Shown piece by piece: positions 1 through 11,291 of a stretch of DNA of 64,000 bases. Source of the DNA: Paraglomus brasilianum (lineage: Eukaryota); assembly GCA_910592345.1 (NCBI GenBank), contig CAJVPI010000007.1:1-64000 (forward strand), written 5' to 3'. The notes under the pieces were generated by a model. It did not search any database. It saw only the letters and a list, made by a program, of their open reading frames with translations, and had not been told where the DNA came from. Positions within the stretch are counted from its first letter, which is position 1. Each line of letters starts with the position of its first letter. The translations under genes and the position numbers were made by a program.

Positions 1-301
1 GATAAGGAATAGATTCAGCTTTTTGCTCTTTTAAGATGGAAGCCAATAAATTATGACTTTCTGAACTTAAACCCATTCTTTCTTTTTTTATTTTTTCTCT
101 GGCTTCTCTTCAATTGTTTAATAACTGAGCAGTATCTTGAATTAAAGAAACCTCTGTTAAAAGAGAACTATCAAAGATAGACTTTTCTTCTGGTTTAAGG
201 ACTCCTCCATAATAATTGGAGTATTCTTTTGCTTCATCTATTGTATTTATATCATTTTTATTGAATGTCATGATTTTATCTAATTCCTTTTTTTTTATCA
301 T
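1..301 (-). pseudogene. AT-rich coding fragment of unknown origin; frame continues past one TGA to the window edge
   Basis: ORF 110-301, then TGA, then open REAREKIKKERMGLSSESHNLLASILKEQKAESIPY to base 1. Confidence 0.35.
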
Positions 302-369
302 GTAATATATTATATTTTAATTATAAAGAATGAACAAAAACTAATAAAGTAATAAAATTTACAGTTGAC

Positions 370-770
370 TTATTCATTCTCAGTATAGGTTGGTCTTGGA
401 CAAGTAATATCCTTAAATTCGTCTCTAACAAATGGGCGAATATTATGATAAAGATATTCTTGTCTTTTATAATCCAAAGGAGGCGGAGTTAGAACTAAAA
501 TAGAAAAAGATTTAATCTCTTTGGTAATTTCAGAAACGCTTGCCTTTCTGGTTTTTAACAAATTAAATTCAGTATATGAACCATGAGCAACCAGCTGAGC
601 TTTGACAACTCCAGGATTGGCTGCTTCAAACACAAAATGCTGATATTTTTGTAAGCCATTCAATTTTTTAAAGAAAATCCCCAACACGGAATTAAGATCT
701 AAATATTGAAAACCTTTGCCGTTTTCATAGCACTGAGCTTTATTTAATCCTGCTGTACTCGATTTTTTCA
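370..770 (-). mobile_element. C-terminal fragment of a putative DNA-transposase-associated protein (DUF7869-like)
   Basis: Frame open from ~770: SSTAGLNKAQ...FQYLDLNSVLGIFFKKLNGLQKYQHFVFEAANPGVV...RQEYLYHNIRPFV..KDITCPRP, a motif pattern recalled from fungal/animal DNA-transposon proteins; 5' truncated. Confidence 0.5.
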
Positions 771-1540
771 GAGTATAAAAGATTCTTTAGAATCTGTGGA
801 TTGGCAATTAGATCCGGTGGAACAAAATGAATTAGATCAAATTAATCACTATATTGAGAATGGTGAAGTTCCTGCTTCTGAAAGGAGAATTCTGCCCATG
901 GATTTAAAGCAGCCTTAGGAGTCAAAACTAATGTGTTTAGTGAATTAACTAAAAAATGAATTAATTATTCCCAAAACATTAATGCATTGCCAATACCTGT
1001 TGGCCAATCAGATACTAGTATTTATTGTTAAAAAAACAACAACGAAATATTTAAAAAATGCATGCAAATTTATTTCCAGCTAGTGTACTAGTACATCATA
1101 ATTAATATTAATTAAAATACTCAAAAAAGCTTTGTGGCATAGATTGTATATGGAAGAAGCAAATGAATGTAAATAGAAAAATTCTTATTGAAGGTTTCAT
1201 AGAGGTGGTAATGAATTACTCTGTAGTTTTTTATTGTAAAAATTGGATAGTCACATTCAGCTGAGCAACTAATTTCTATTGGCAGTTCAAATATTACAAT
1301 GATCAGAAGCATACAAGCCATTTAGCCAATGGACTGGCCCACTAATAGTTTATAAGTTTATTTGAGAGTTTGAGTCACTGAATTATAGAACAATGAACAT
1401 GATGTTAATATTGTAAAGTGACTTCATTTATATCAACACATACCAGTTGCTATCTTCATCCTGCAGCTGAATCCAAATCATATGATTTAGGCAAATCTCT
1501 AGTAGTAGTAGGTAAGAACTTACTAGAGTATTTGCTCTCC

Positions 1541-3954
1541 TCAAGGTTTTACATCATTATAATAGATTGTATCCCATATGTTGTTTCTAGAATTATCCTC
1601 ATCCACTTTTTCAATAAGCTTGCTAATATTATCCCAAATTGTCTTTGCATCTGGGCGCTTGTCAGGATTGACATCACAACACCACTTGGCAAATTTCTTG
1701 TATTCCTCTGGCACTGAATCAGGCATTGTTGGTTGTAGTCCACCTGTAATATCACATAATAAATCTCTATCAAATTCTCTGTCTCTAAAAGGTGGTTCAC
1801 CAGTGGCCATTAAATACATAATAAGACCAAAAGAATATATGTCTGATTTCTCTGTAAATCGCCGAGTATGAAAGACTTCTGGTGCAACAAAGGGTAAACT
1901 AAAACCACCTTGAATGGTTGACTGATGTGAATTTGCTGATCGAGAATGACCAAGATCACATATGAATGGTTCAATATCTTCTTTTGTCCCAAATGTACTA
2001 ATAACATTAGTATGCATGTGTATGTTTCCACCATGAAGATCACAATGTACTAATCCCATATGATGAATAGTTGATAAATCATCTAAAATACAACACAAAT
2101 AATGTAATTTCGTCATCCATGTCAATTTGTTAATATTTTGATCCAAATAAGACAGAAGACTACCATTGTCAGCATAATCCATAACAATCATGTAGTCTTT
2201 TGTTTCTGGGTCTTGTGTGACTCCATAGATTTGAAAGAAATTTAGTGGAGACTCTGAAATGCATTTGGTATGATTTCTGAACTATTAAATAAAATAAATG
2301 CAGAGTCTGATTAAATGTAACATTAATTAGTATTAGTTTATAATCAAACATTGCTTACTATTACCTCGTTAATAAATAGCTCTGGCATCTGATCAAAATT
2401 CTTAAATCGTTTGAGCACAACAGCTCCTGAACCATTTTGATATTTGGCAGTATAAACTGTTCTATAACTACCAGATCCAATCTCTTTGAGTTTATAAAAT
2501 TCACCATACTGCATATACTTTACATATTCATAATAATCATAACAGTGTATAATTTGGTCCAATATTTGATGTATTTCATGATAGAAAACTAAATAATATC
2601 CTCCTGTAGATGGCTCTTGAGTGATTCCAATTGTCCAAACATTATCAGGAATCATGTATTCCTTAATTAGCTATTTAAGTAAACAAATACAGTCATTACA
2701 ACAATCACCACAAAACACAAATACTATTTGCATTATTTTACATGTGAAATAATTTACCTGATGACAATCAAGCAACTGATTATCACTTATTATTATCTGC
2801 TTAAGTGTCACTTGTATCAATTCATTTACTGTTGGTTCTAACCATTTTGCTATATGTGTGCATCCATGGCGTAATGATGTCATCTGTTGTATATCTGTCA
2901 ATAGAGAATACTCTATCCATTGTATATAGGCATCGACTTTATGCTTTGTATTATTCCATGATTCCATAATGAATGAATCCAAAGACTTGTTGCCTGTAGT
3001 CCAATCAACAGGTCTTGGTGCTTTACACCGATAACAGAATTGATTTATTGTAGGTTCTAATTGATGTGCACATGCCAGGCATAATTCATTCGCCGATTTT
3101 ATTAGACAATACGTCTGTTTACTTGCATCATATGTGAATCCGATAGTAACCCAAACATTCGCAGTAAGAATATCTGGATGCTCATCACATAACTAGTGGA
3201 AACGATACATAAAATAACACGTCAATAATTATTTAAACTATTCAATAAACATGATGCACAAGTAATAGTTTACCTCGGTATAATATAAATCATGTATCTC
3301 ATCTGTTATTTCAAGTGGAATCAATGTAACACAATTAGAAGTAGGTAGACCACGCAAGTATACTCCATCATACTTATTCTCAATATAATCAAATGGAATC
3401 CATTCCAAATAGGCTTGATTTGCTGAGGTTGTTCGTAATTGAGATTCCTTAATAAACCCATCGAGTTGCTTATTGTTGCTAGTCCATCCTTCAGACAGTT
3501 GTTTATATCCACATATGCACCACACAGGACTACATCGGAGTATTCCGCAGGCGGAGCAGAATCCATAGAGAGAATAATAATCGTAAAAGTGTCTTTTAGC
3601 AACCATGTAGTAGTTACCGTCGTATTTAGTAAATCCATGTATTTGTTTGTTGCGATATTCAAGCCATTCTTTGTATCTTCTGAGATTAACGTCATTGTTG
3701 TACCGGCATGTCGGAAGCGAGTATATTCTAGCAAACTCACTCACTAGTGTTGGTGTACATGTTTCGTCGCTCCCAAGAAATACCAACATTATCGTTTCCT
3801 CACGAAACCAGCTACATTTGCGACTAGCGTAATAGATAGCGTCTGTTGGAGTTGATTTAATATCAGTGATTCCAGAACAAGAAATCCATTCAAGTCTTGC
3901 GCAATGTTGACCTTCCAAGTAAGATTGAATTAAGTTGTCAATTGCCTCTGACAT
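1541..3954 (-). CDS. TKL-type protein kinase, Glomeromycotina-expanded family (copy A)
   Basis: Exons 3954-3274, 3192-2758, 2670-2365, 2281-1541 with GT-AG introns in frame; GSGSYRTVY, VVLK, HCDLHGGN, DLG, APE, SDIYSFG; N-terminal CxxC/WTSNN/LEWIPF modules. Confidence 0.88.
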
Positions 3955-4973
3955 TGTTCTGAGCAAAAAATTTTGATGCAGTTCGAGTTTTGCATCATTT
4001 TCTCGGTGTGCCGATCAAATTTTACATAATAAATTTGAAAGCCGAAATGTCAACACAAGTTAAGCTATACAAATGACTTTATTATTTCTGCTAATGAAAC
4101 CAAAATTAACTTAGCTTGTAAATATATCCGACTATACTGACGACGTTACATCACAGACAGCTTATAAGTTAATTTCAATAATGGTGAATTCTTCATTTTC
4201 TTTCTACTCTTTATATCGGTCATCATACTACGTCGCAAGTTTACGGCATTGAGTTCATTACGCATATGCGACATTATTCCTACAAATTCCTCGGTGCTAA
4301 TCGGTACTGATTCCTCTAGCTCTCATTGATTCAACGTTTTCAATATCAAAAAAGGATATTATTGATATAAGGTTAGCTGTGCCACCGCTGCTTTAACCAT
4401 ATAAGGAATCGATTCTGAAGAAATGAAGGACCATCTGTTGGGTCAAGGATTATAGTATAACGTATTGTTAATAAACTAGCGAACAAGGCTTAATTATTAA
4501 CGAAAAACGTGGGCAACACTATCCATAAAAACATCAAGAACGCGCCGTCGTATTTCCCCTGTAAATACTCAATTGTTCTATTTTTTATTAATTTAGTATT
4601 TATTGTTACGTTCTATTGTAACCGTTAGCATCGTTTGCTTATTACTATACTTTTAGGAAGAGAAAAAGTAGAAGGTGAAGAAGAGACCGATGCCAAATGT
4701 CATTGCTTGTTGTACGAAATGCACCGGCTACAATGGTAGTCCGAACTTCATACTGAGCTATGGCTCACGTCAAATAGACAACATTGCAACACAGCAACAC
4801 ACAGCCAATCTCAGCCTAAGGTTTTCAGTTAGCAAAATGTACTTGACTTGGTGTTCTTAAGAAAGGTGGCTTTATTTTTGAATAATATTAATTAATATTG
4901 ATGATTTATTGTAAAGTTTGATCGCCAGCCAATCACGTTTAGAGAATCTTGTTGTTTATTGTGAAAATGATCA

Positions 4974-6240
4974 AGCTATTTGAGTAAACAAATACAGCCG
5001 TTACAACAAATATTGATTAAAACGCCGAAACACAAAGTTGTTAATACTATTTGCATTGCATGAGTATTACTTTCGTCCATTCATCTGTGCTATATGTGTG
5101 CGATAATGTGTATTTGTCAATAAGAATAGTCTATCCACTTCTTCAGATTACATCCATGAATCCAAAGACTTGTTGCTGCTCGTCCAATCAAGAGGCCTGG
5201 CACTTTACAGAAAGTGTCTTTTCTAGAATAAAATATTCTTGCATAATCCAATTTCATATCATGTTCTTTTATTAGATAATACTTTCTGTCATGGCGATCC
5301 ACACATAACTATAATAACAATTCAACAAACGTTATATATTTAATTTACCTTGTCATAAGAATAATGCCATCTTCAATTTTGCTTAAGTGACTAAATAAAG
5401 ACCTCGAAACCTCTTAATAACGTCATCGAGTTGTTTGTGATGCTACGCTATAAACGGTGACGTATTCTCTCCTAAATTTCTGCATTACCGCGCATAGTAC
5501 AAGTAGTGTCACGGCAGTAAGACAGCAGTAAGACAGCAGTGATACGACAGTGATGTAGCAGCACTGTAGCAGCGCTGCCAAAGTCAAAGACGTATACTGA
5601 GAATAATCGATAGAAATTAGAAATAGCTAAAAATAGATCAACTAGTCCGCTCGAAAGATGTCCTAATTACTCTCGATTCCTTTATTGTAAATAAATGAGT
5701 AGTTTTTTATACTCAGAAATACATTGTTAATGATTCATTCCCTGGTAACTTATCGGTATAGCTGAGAAATCGCTAATCCCTATAATAATCGCCTCTTGTC
5801 CCGCGATTATTCGAGTGGCAAATTACGATAATTAATGGTTATGTAGATGCGCATTATTATAATTAAATATAAGAATTAAGGAGCCGACAGAGTTACTCGA
5901 GTACAATTAATATATCCAGGATTAGCGTCACTCTACGACGGGAAGGTTTTCGTGAGTGCAAAGCCTTGATTGGACAAGGTCACTAACTGTAACCCGAGAT
6001 TTACCTAGAGAAGGAGATGTCGAAACCAGCTAAATTCCTTGTGTCGATTATTACCTGCTCTCCCGTGATAGTCGGCACGACACTAGTCTACCTACCACAC
6101 GGGACTGCATCGGAGTATTCCACATGCAGTGCAGAATCTGTAGATGTCTATCAGTCACCATGTAATAGTTATTGTACTTGATAAATCAATGTAGAATGTA
6201 GAATGTCTTCTAATTGACTGACATCATTATTGTGCTCCTT
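4974..6240 (-). pseudogene. Degenerate relic of the same kinase family (N-terminal exons), interrupted by an insertion
   Basis: Blocks match copy A: gtaaacaaatacag..ttacaaca (4984 vs 2679), gaatccaaagacttgttgc (5158 vs 2975), catcggagtattcc (6108 vs 3533); many deletions. Confidence 0.7.
5446..6082. mobile_element. ~640-bp insertion in the kinase relic, possibly a solo LTR
   Basis: Kinase homology stops at tgcta (5445) and resumes at ctagtc (6083); TGTCACGG at 5507 and CCGTGATA/CACGACA at 6063-6082 resemble TG...CA LTR ends; short internal repeats (gacagcagtaa). Confidence 0.45.
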
Positions 6241-8317
6241 TGTTGAGAGAAAGAATCATCTTATGACGGTAACATTCGAGTAAAAAACCGCTCAAGGTAA
6301 GTTGAATAACTGATCTTCAACAATTATATGTGTTACACCGCACATTACAATGCATCATCAGTTAAGTAGAAACTCGCATAATTCTATACAATCAAACCCT
6401 TGTGTTATTATGTGAGCTGCAATTACAATTCTGAATAAAGTTTAGTTGACACAATAAAAATATTGATTTAACAAAGTAGCATTGTTTCTTGCGTTACGTG
6501 AGAAACAATTGTAAACACACAGAAATTCAAAAGTTTATAAGTTAATTGGTCCTAACAGACAGTAATACAGTATCATTTGTGGTCGAATATTTGATTGCTC
6601 TCATTCTCAGTAATAAAATGGAATCACTAATTTGGTATGTGCAACTGTGTATGTCACAATAACATCTACTTGGAATGGTGTCTGAATGAGGACATGATTA
6701 AACTTCTCGTCATATGTAACATCTGTGGTCACGACAAAATATTTGGGCAAGACGATCCGATTGTCGTTAAATGACCGACACATGATCTGCAGATGGCGAT
6801 GTAAACTTGATCTCGTGAGTGAGCGAGCAGGAATACTGGATTCACCGTTAGCGGGATAATTTCAAGACCCTTTTATTTGCATGGCCACGGAAAACAAGAC
6901 AATATTAATCTGTTTATGTGACACAACTAGGATTTTGGTGTAGGGGCAACCCGATTTAAAAAACACAAGTATGATGAGCTCATATGTAGCACAAAGGCAT
7001 GAGCCAAGAATCAAATGGAAAATATGAAGCGTTATAGGGGCTGATTGATGAATTAAGCTAGTCTGTGAAGCAAGCCAATTTTAGATAGCATTGTAGAACG
7101 TCGAATGATATTAATATGTGATTAGCGTGTATAAATAGATTGACATTCTATTGGTTGAACCATGTGATTAAAATAATCGCATATTGTGCGAGTAATATTG
7201 TTCAATCATGAAACTTGAAACTAGGCATCTTTTGACAGGTTACTACAGGAATATCAAATTGTTCGTTGTAGAATTTGCGTTGCTGCAAATAGTACCACAT
7301 CAATTTAACAGTATTACGTAACGCCTAATCACGTAAAGCACATTAGAAAGTGTTACCGTATGGGACTTCCTCGAAGCCTGTAAAGTAAAATAAAACATTT
7401 ATGTGTGTCAAAATATTATTTCAGGCTAGTTTCATCGCAGGAATACGTAGTTCTATATTTGGAAGGTTTATTGCCCTTAGATAATTGCCGTTTAACAGAT
7501 TGTGTGACAGAAAGATTTTAATTCATCATTGCGTAATACCGCATTGCGAATATTGGAGGTTAAAGGCTTACTCGTGGGACCCGGGTCTGCCATCATCCCA
7601 TCCCTAAATGCGTAAATTATGATGCGGTAGATAATAGAAACATCATTTATGTAATCAAGTACTTGGCTCACGTGGCTCGTTTCCTGAATAATCCATCTTC
7701 TGTAGTGTGGGAATGTCATAGCATGTAGGATATATAGAATGATTATCAATATCTGATCCATCAATAAATGCAGAAACCGTTATCGAGAGCGTGAGAATGA
7801 GAACGCTCACTCGGTTGGTCAACTCGACTAGAGCGAGTTTGTATTTCTAGACAATGTAGAACGTATTCCTTTGTTAACATGGAAGCATTCTGCGAGCATC
7901 AGATCACAATCCTTGTTAATGGCCGTTTGAGGGTGAGAGACTGCTTTTGCATCAGTGACGATAGCAAAAAGAAGGAAGCGCGAACAATTCGCATATTGGG
8001 CATTCTCTACATGCAAGCTCTGAATTATTTTAGCTCCCATCATTTTTTCACGTGTACTACACTCGGCGGTTACAAAACCGAAGGTCACAGAGAGGGCTGT
8101 GGCAATAAATGTGGCACTAATCCGGGTTTAACAATTTGCGTAGCATTAACCAAGATTTCATTGGTCCTGTTCATATCACCTTGTGAGCAGTATTCTAGAT
8201 CGCACAAAACGTATCACAGAGGGTAAATAGAGTATATTTCATCAAGAGTCTAGGAACAACAGCTCCATAAGCTTAAAAATAACCTTTTTGTTCTTGCTTT
8301 TTCACAAAACCTTAGAA

Positions 8318-9054
8318 ATGGCGCAACTCGAAGACCTAGCGCAAGGTAAGTTGTATTCTGCATAAATCTAAAGGGTTTTGCAATGCTTTTGAAGAATCCT
8401 TTAGATCATGGATAGCATTGTATTTACACACACAACTTTAAAATATAAAGCCAGACGACTGGAATACTATAGAAATCGGCAGGAGGCCGCTAAGGGTTTC
8501 GACGACGACCTCGAATTTTGTCCTTCTTTATCGGCAGAGGAGGTATGTTAACATACACAAAACCAGACTATTGCTTCAATTTAGTCCACTCATTATAACG
8601 TCTTCCTTTTGACATCTATGCCTCCTAGTTGGCAGAAATACGACGCCAAGTTTCTCAGCTAGTCTCACAGGGATGTGTGAAAACCAGCATTACTCCTCCA
8701 CAACCAAAACACGTCATTCCAATTATTGACCCGACAAACAAAACTCCTCTCAATATCAATCCCATAAAGTCAACGGTTACCACTCCTTCGACAGTCGCAT
8801 CGGTTTTAGCATCGCCTTTTTTCACTAGGCCTGGTTCTCCGCTTTCTTACAATGGTTACTCGCCAACCTTAGCGTACCATTCCCTGGCTGCTTCGGGAGA
8901 GATGACAATGACCCCGAAAGTAACAAAATCAATACCAATCGTTGACCCTAATAGCGGCAATATTGTGAATATGCCTTCTAACGGCGGCTCGAACAATAAT
9001 AGTGGTAACGGGTCTGCTTTTGGAGGATTCTACAGTGATATTTCTGTGCGATGA
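8318..9054 (+). CDS. Uncharacterised fungal protein with FDDDLEFCP motif and two IPI(I/V)DP repeats
   Basis: Exons 8318-8345, 8451-8542, 8629-9054 splice in frame (GT-AG): MAQLEDLAQARRLEYYRNRQEAAKGFDDDLEFCPSLSAEELAEIRR... Confidence 0.75.
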
Positions 9055-9759
9055 GACCAAACAAGAAGATTCCTGTTTCCAACAAAGCCTGTAATCAACT
9101 ACATTCTTTTCATTACAAATTATAGACAAGTCATTTCTGCATTTTTTCTTTTCTCCCCCGTCATTTTTTTAGTATAACGTTTCAGCATCGACATACTCTT
9201 TCTTTATTCGCAAATATCATTTCTTATTGTAATCATTTATTAGTGTATTAAAGCTCTGTATAGGACACCACATCAATAGGTGATGCTATGTTGTCATTGT
9301 AATAAACTCTTGGCATTTATATACATAATTTTATTCAATGTCCTAGAGACTAGGCGTTAAATTCAATGAATCTTGAAGTTGCAAAGGCCATGCAGTTACT
9401 CTTCGTCCCGATCACTCATATGTGGGAGTCTGGTAAGGATAAGAAAAAATGTATTTCTATCATGTTCCTAACAGAATTTGTCAGTAGATGGAAGATGGAA
9501 GAATCAGATAACAAAGATAGTTAGCCCGTTCTTTCACATGATCGAGCAATGCCACAAGGGTTCTTGAAAGTCGATTGATCGCAAAAATTGATTACTATGG
9601 AAAGGGAATTCGGTGCCAGGCTATAATATAATATTAATGTCGACATCAAACATATCAAAAAGCGAGACCTCAAATGTTGGGGCATGCTGAACGTATTCTC
9701 ACGCCCTGGTGGTTCGCATACTGTATGTGGTTGATGTAATCAATAAAGGTAAATTGCAT

Positions 9760-9820
9760 TGTCGTTATTGTCGTTGTCTTTGTTTGTCGTTGTTTGTCGC
9801 TGTCGTTGTCGTTGTTGTTA
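9760..9820. repeat. Imperfect (TGTCGT)n microsatellite
   Basis: tgtcgttattgtcgttgtctttgtttgtcgttgtttgtcgctgtcgttgtcgttgttgtt. Confidence 0.7.
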
Positions 9821-11291
9821 TACTAATACGTTATTATTCTCGATCGTTATGTATATTTCATTTGACCGTATATGGCTAATTTCATTCTGAAAGAAAAGAC
9901 TCCACGATAAATGATGTAATGCCCCATTACCGCATTGTACCATGACCCCCAAAATATAAAAGACATTATATGGTAAACATGTGACTTTCCCAGATCATAT
10001 ACGTTTTGGGGGGGTAAATATCGCATTTTATTCTTTCATCGAGAGTTTGATCGTTGTACGAGCGATCTTCGATGAACATACTTAAATAATATGCAGTCGC
10101 TAATATTGTGTTGTTGTATATTCACAAATGATTTGCCAATGAAACTGAAAAGCAAAGACATGCCCCTAAACAGAAATAATAATAAAGACAGAACAATTAG
10201 ATTGGATAAAAGATTTGATAGCTTTACCCTCGTTTTTTTCCCATTCATGCAGTAATGCTAAGAACAAAGAAAGAGAGATAATACAGTATGAAGTTAGAGT
10301 AAACGAGCTAATCCAAAACAAACCATTAATTCAGTTTCGGAACAAAATAGTCACTATTGTATGTAACTTGAATGGCGGATGAAATTCCGATTTTATGATT
10401 ATTGAAATCAAACACTTGAAACTTCAAATAACAATTTATGTGGTTGTCTCGACTAGTAAAGACGGTAACATGTGCAATATGGGTGTGTCTAATAAAGAAC
10501 GCGGATAATCTATGATATATAGATTACAAAGATAGCAGAACACTTGGGCGGATAGCAAGCTTTTAATACCAAGTAAGGCTTTGGTTTTCTCACTAGAAAA
10601 AAAGGTATGATTTTTGGAGAACATCAGCATTGGCTTGGCACGCGTCCAGGAGTCGTTGCGTTTTATGCAGACTCTTCAACCATAAGATTGGTGGATCAGT
10701 CAATAACTCAAGTGCGATCGTCGATATTGGCCTATACAATAACAAGTGACTAAATAAAAGAAAATATGACGAAAGTTTATTATATCATTAGAAATAACGT
10801 GTTTCAGACTATAAACAGTTCCTTGGTCAAGTGGTTTGAGTTGACGTGTGGCTGAGGGATAGAAGCGAACAAGCAAAACGTGAGACAAATTGTTTTCTTC
10901 AAGATACAATAACTCGCAAATATAAATCATTACATTTATTATGAAAATAACATACATGAGGAGTATTTTTATCAATTCCGCGCAATGCTCGTAGATTATT
11001 ATGGTATTATAAAACGATAAAGGTGATTCTCTTCTCCAGTTGTGATCCTACTTCTTGAATTAATCGTCTGACTGTTCGTATTAAGACAACCGGATGGCAA
11101 CATGTCTACTCTAACCCAGATCTATAAGCGTTGAAAACTTTCACTTTCAGATTATCTACGTTTATTTTTGTGCAATGCATTGTTGGATGTTCAGAAATAA
11201 TACAGTCTAAATATATCTTTGCTATAAAACAGAGTAGAAAAATGTATGAATAGTTAAACTAAGACTACATATGCTTGAACTTCTATACATT

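Noticed and set aside
9598..9620. GGGAATTCGGTG resembling fungal RNase P CR-I
   Set aside because: No complementary CR-V/P4 strand found downstream
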